Below, piece by piece: positions 61,863 to 64,000 of a DNA stretch of 64,000 nt (positions are counted from its first letter, which is position 1; each line of letters begins with the position of its first letter). The stretch is from Pseudomonadota bacterium. GTDB taxonomy: Bacteria; Pseudomonadota; Alphaproteobacteria; Acetobacterales; Acetobacteraceae. Under the pieces are notes generated by a model. It was not told where the DNA came from. It ran no database searches and saw only the letters and a program-made list of their open reading frames with translations. Location: positions 974 to 64,973 of the forward strand of contig JBJOMW010000018.1 in NCBI GenBank assembly GCA_046052145.1, written 5' to 3'. The translations under genes were made by a program, and so were the position numbers.

Positions 61863-61901
61863 TGCGAACGATCGTGCCAAAAAATAGCACTTCTGCGAAC
61901 G
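61863..61901. promoter_or_regulatory. Direct repeat of TGCGAACG (31-nt spacing) in a divergent promoter region
   Basis: TGCGAACG occurs at 61863-61870 and 61894-61901. The second copy extends to TGCGAACGCA, a near-palindrome containing the GAACGCA half-site seen at 59963 and 60019. Confidence 0.3.
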
Positions 61902-61980
61902 CAAGGCCCATGCTTCGATCACTGTTGGGCGATCCGCCGATGGGCGGACGCGGCTGGAGCAGCGGAACAGGAGCGAGGCT

Positions 61981-62988
61981 ATGGCTATCGGGCGCAGGAC
62001 GTTCCTCAAGGCCACGGCGGCCGCGCCGGCAGGCGCGATGGTCGGCGTGGAGGCCAACGCGCAAGGTCGCGCGGTGGTCAACCTCCAGCTCGGCTGGCTG
62101 CTTTCGGGCAATCAGATCGGCGAAGTCTGCGCCAAGCAACTCGGCTACTACGAGCAGGAAGGCGTCGAGTTGCGCTTCCAGGCGGGCGGGCCGAACATCG
62201 ACGGCGTCGCGGTCGTCGCCTCCGGCCGGTTCGAGGTGGGGCAGGTCTCGTCCTCGCCGTCGCTGATGCTGGCAAGCTCGCAGGACCTGCCGATTCGCTG
62301 CTTCGCGGCCGGCGCGCAGGAACACCCCTTCAGCTACATCTCGCGGGCTGGCCGGCCGGTGCGAGAGCCGCGCGACCTGATCGGCAAGAAGATCGGCACG
62401 CAATCCACCGCCGTGATCCTGCTGCGCGCGCTGCTCGCCAAGCACAACATTGCCGAGAACCAGGTGACGATCATCCCGATCGGCTCCGACATGTCGCCGC
62501 TGATGACGGGCCAGGTGGATGTGATCACCGGCTGGCTGACCAACACGACGGCGCTGCGCGTCATCCCCGATCCCGTCGTGATGCGACTGTGGGACACCGG
62601 TGTCAGGCTCTATGCGCTGCCCTACTACGCGACGGTGCAGACCATCGAACGCCGCGCGGATGTACTGGCGCGCTTCCTGCGCGCGACCGGCCGGGGCTGG
62701 GCCTTTGCGCATGCCAACCGCGACCAGGCGGTTGATCACCTGCTGCGCGAATTCCCGAACCTCAACCGCGCCGACGAACGCGCGGCGGCAGATGTGATGC
62801 TGCAATACGCCTTCGGCCCGAAGACCGCCACCGAGGGCTGGGGCACGATGGACCCGGCCGTCTGGCGCGAGCAGATCGACCTCTACGCGCAGCTCGGCCA
62901 GTTCGCCCGCCGCACGCCACGCCTGGAGGAGGTCATGACGATGGACATCCTTCGCATGACCAACGGCCAGCGCCCGCTGATCGGCTGA
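61981..62988 (+). CDS. ABC transporter substrate-binding protein, NitT/TauT (NMT1-like) family, Tat signal
   Basis: 335 aa. MAIGRRTFLKATAAAPAGAMVGVEANA twin-arginine leader. LQLGWLLSGNQIGEVCAKQLGYYEQEGV is typical of aliphatic sulfonate/nitrate/taurine-type SBPs. Confidence 0.85.
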   Translation: MAIGRRTFLKATAAAPAGAMVGVEANAQGRAVVNLQLGWLLSGNQIGEVCAKQLGYYEQEGVELRFQAGGPNIDGVAVVASGRFEVGQVSSSPSLMLASSQDLPIRCFAAGAQEHPFSYISRAGRPVREPRDLIGKKIGTQSTAVILLRALLAKHNIAENQVTIIPIGSDMSPLMTGQVDVITGWLTNTTALRVIPDPVVMRLWDTGVRLYALPYYATVQTIERRADVLARFLRATGRGWAFAHANRDQAVDHLLREFPNLNRADERAAADVMLQYAFGPKTATEGWGTMDPAVWREQIDLYAQLGQFARRTPRLEEVMTMDILRMTNGQRPLIG

Positions 62989-62993
62989 CCGCA

Positions 62994-63773
62994 ATGACGG
63001 GCGCCGCGGCGGTCGATTGCCGCAACGTGACGGTGCGGTTCGTGACCGACCGCCGCACCGTCACCGCCCTGCACGACGTCTCCTTCGACGTGGAGGCGGG
63101 CGGCTTCCTCTCGCTGCTCGGGCCGTCGGGCTGCGGCAAGTCCACGCTACTGCGGGTGGTGGCGGACCTTGTGCAGCCTTCCTCCGGCTCGACCACGGTC
63201 TTCGGCACCTCGCCGGCGGAGGCGCGGGCGGCCCGCGCGCTCGGCTTCGTCTTCCAGGATGCAGCGCTGCTGCCCTGGCGGACGGCGATCCAGAACGTGG
63301 AACTCCCGCTCGAGGTGGGCGGCCAGCGCAGCCTGCCGCCCGGTGCACCAACCCCGCGCGAGCTGATGAAGCTCGTCGGGCTGGAAGGCTGGGAGAACAG
63401 CTACCCGCACGAGTTGTCGGGCGGCATGCGCCAGCGTGTCTCGATCGCGCGCGCATTGCTTGGCGGACCGCGGCTGCTGCTGATGGACGAGCCCTTCGGC
63501 GCGCTCGACGAGATCACGCGCGACCGACTGAACGAGGAGCTGCGGCGCATCTGGCTTGAGACCGGGACGACCATCCTGTTCGTGACGCATTCCGTCTATG
63601 AGGCGGTCTATCTGGGTGAGCAGGTGCTGGTGCTGGCCGCCAATCCAGGCCGTGTCGCCACGCGAGTCGCGGTGGAGCTGCCGCGCGACCGCGAGCTGAC
63701 CGTGCGTGAGACGCCCGAATTCATCCGGATCGTCGCGGGCCTGCGCGACGCCATGGGACGCCACGCCGCATGA
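62994..63773 (+). CDS. ABC transporter ATP-binding protein (NitT/TauT family)
   Basis: 259 aa. Walker A LLGPSGCGKSTLLR, signature LSGGMRQRVSIARAL, Walker B LLLMDEPFGALD. Confidence 0.9.
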   Translation: MTGAAAVDCRNVTVRFVTDRRTVTALHDVSFDVEAGGFLSLLGPSGCGKSTLLRVVADLVQPSSGSTTVFGTSPAEARAARALGFVFQDAALLPWRTAIQNVELPLEVGGQRSLPPGAPTPRELMKLVGLEGWENSYPHELSGGMRQRVSIARALLGGPRLLLMDEPFGALDEITRDRLNEELRRIWLETGTTILFVTHSVYEAVYLGEQVLVLAANPGRVATRVAVELPRDRELTVRETPEFIRIVAGLRDAMGRHAA

Positions 63774-64000
63774 GCACGACAGCGCTCGATTCATCCACCG
63801 ATCCCGGCCTGCGCGCGGCAGAGCAAGCGCACCACCGCCAGATGCGCCGCCTGGCCTGGCGGCGGCGCCTGCTACCCCTGGCGGGTATCGCGACCTTCCT
63901 CGGCCTCTGGGCCTTCATCGTCTGGTTCTTCGAGGTCCCGCGCTTCGTCGCGCCCTCTCCCCAGCTGGTCGCAGCGACGCTTATCGAGAAGCACGAGATG
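63770..64000 (+). CDS. ABC transporter permease (partial; runs off the 3' edge)
   Basis: The ATG at 63770 overlaps the ATPase stop (ATGA). The translation MSTTALDSS...RRRLLPLAGIATFLGLWAFIVWFFEVPRFVAPSPQLVAATL has the N-terminal transmembrane segment typical of NitT/TauT permeases. Not in the ORF track because no stop lies inside the window. Confidence 0.7.
   Translation, partial: MSTTALDSSTDPGLRAAEQAHHRQMRRLAWRRRLLPLAGIATFLGLWAFIVWFFEVPRFVAPSPQLVAATLIEKHEM

Noticed and set aside
61816-61980. THI-box or other riboswitch upstream of the NMT1-like ABC binding protein
   Set aside because: No CTGAGA/ACCCTT core or other riboswitch signature is visible in the 165-bp leader.

Overview
This is a very GC-rich (about two-thirds G+C or more, judged by eye) proteobacterial chromosomal segment. 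It is packed with accessory catabolic modules, not core or defence genes.

I support about 57 protein-coding genes. Many long ORFs in the supplied track are antisense 'shadow' frames or N-terminally over-extended; corrected starts are given per feature.

**Dominant theme.** There are 11 paralogous Bug/TctC-type solute-binding proteins of the tripartite tricarboxylate transporter (TTT) family. Each sits in a small operon with enzymes. No TctA/TctB membrane components are present anywhere in the window.

**Modules, in order:**
- Partial fused HyuA-HyuB hydantoinase/oxoprolinase. It runs off the 5' edge and is absent from the ORF track.
- TctC, IorA/IorB-like molybdenum hydroxylase, PhtD-like decarboxylase, Rieske protein, small unknown protein, amidohydrolase_2, TctC.
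- LysR regulator.
- Cupin, TctC, lone CoxL-like Mo subunit, SDR.
- IclR regulator divergent from PaaK-like ligase, amidohydrolase_2, TctC.
- IS debris.
- TctC and M24 peptidase.
- TctC, alpha/beta hydrolase and KstD-like flavoprotein, divergent from an OYE/FadH-like reductase.
- Split UxaA-family dehydratase in reversed subunit order, TctC, beta-propeller protein.
- A 639-bp internally deleted IS630-family element.
- An eight-gene operon: IclR, DUF1537 kinase, PdxA-family dehydrogenase, Fe-ADH, leaderless BNR/sialidase-like protein, DHDPS/NAL-family enzyme, TctC, SDR.
- SDR.
- Amidohydrolase_2, PhtD-like protein, TctC.
- Family-5 SBP and CocE/NonD hydrolase.
- ROK regulator and tannase/feruloyl esterase.
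- GntR and formylglycine-generating enzyme, divergent from TctC-sulfatase-TctC-sulfatase.
- TRZ/ATZ-type amidohydrolase, divergent from a NitT/TauT-type ABC transporter (cut at the 3' edge).

**Not found.** I saw no rRNA, tRNA, CRISPR array or recognisable defence system.

**Most worth a second look:**
1. The tetronate-kinase/PdxA operon that also carries sialidase-like and NAL-like genes.
2. The cytoplasmic sulfatase/FGE cluster served by TTT binding proteins.
3. A family of related intergenic repeats sharing the core GATGCGGGGAC, with at least five copies at four loci. Two copies are followed on the minus strand by terminator-like hairpins, so they could be an sRNA module or a MITE.

All functional calls come from motif and family recognition by eye. 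No database search was run.
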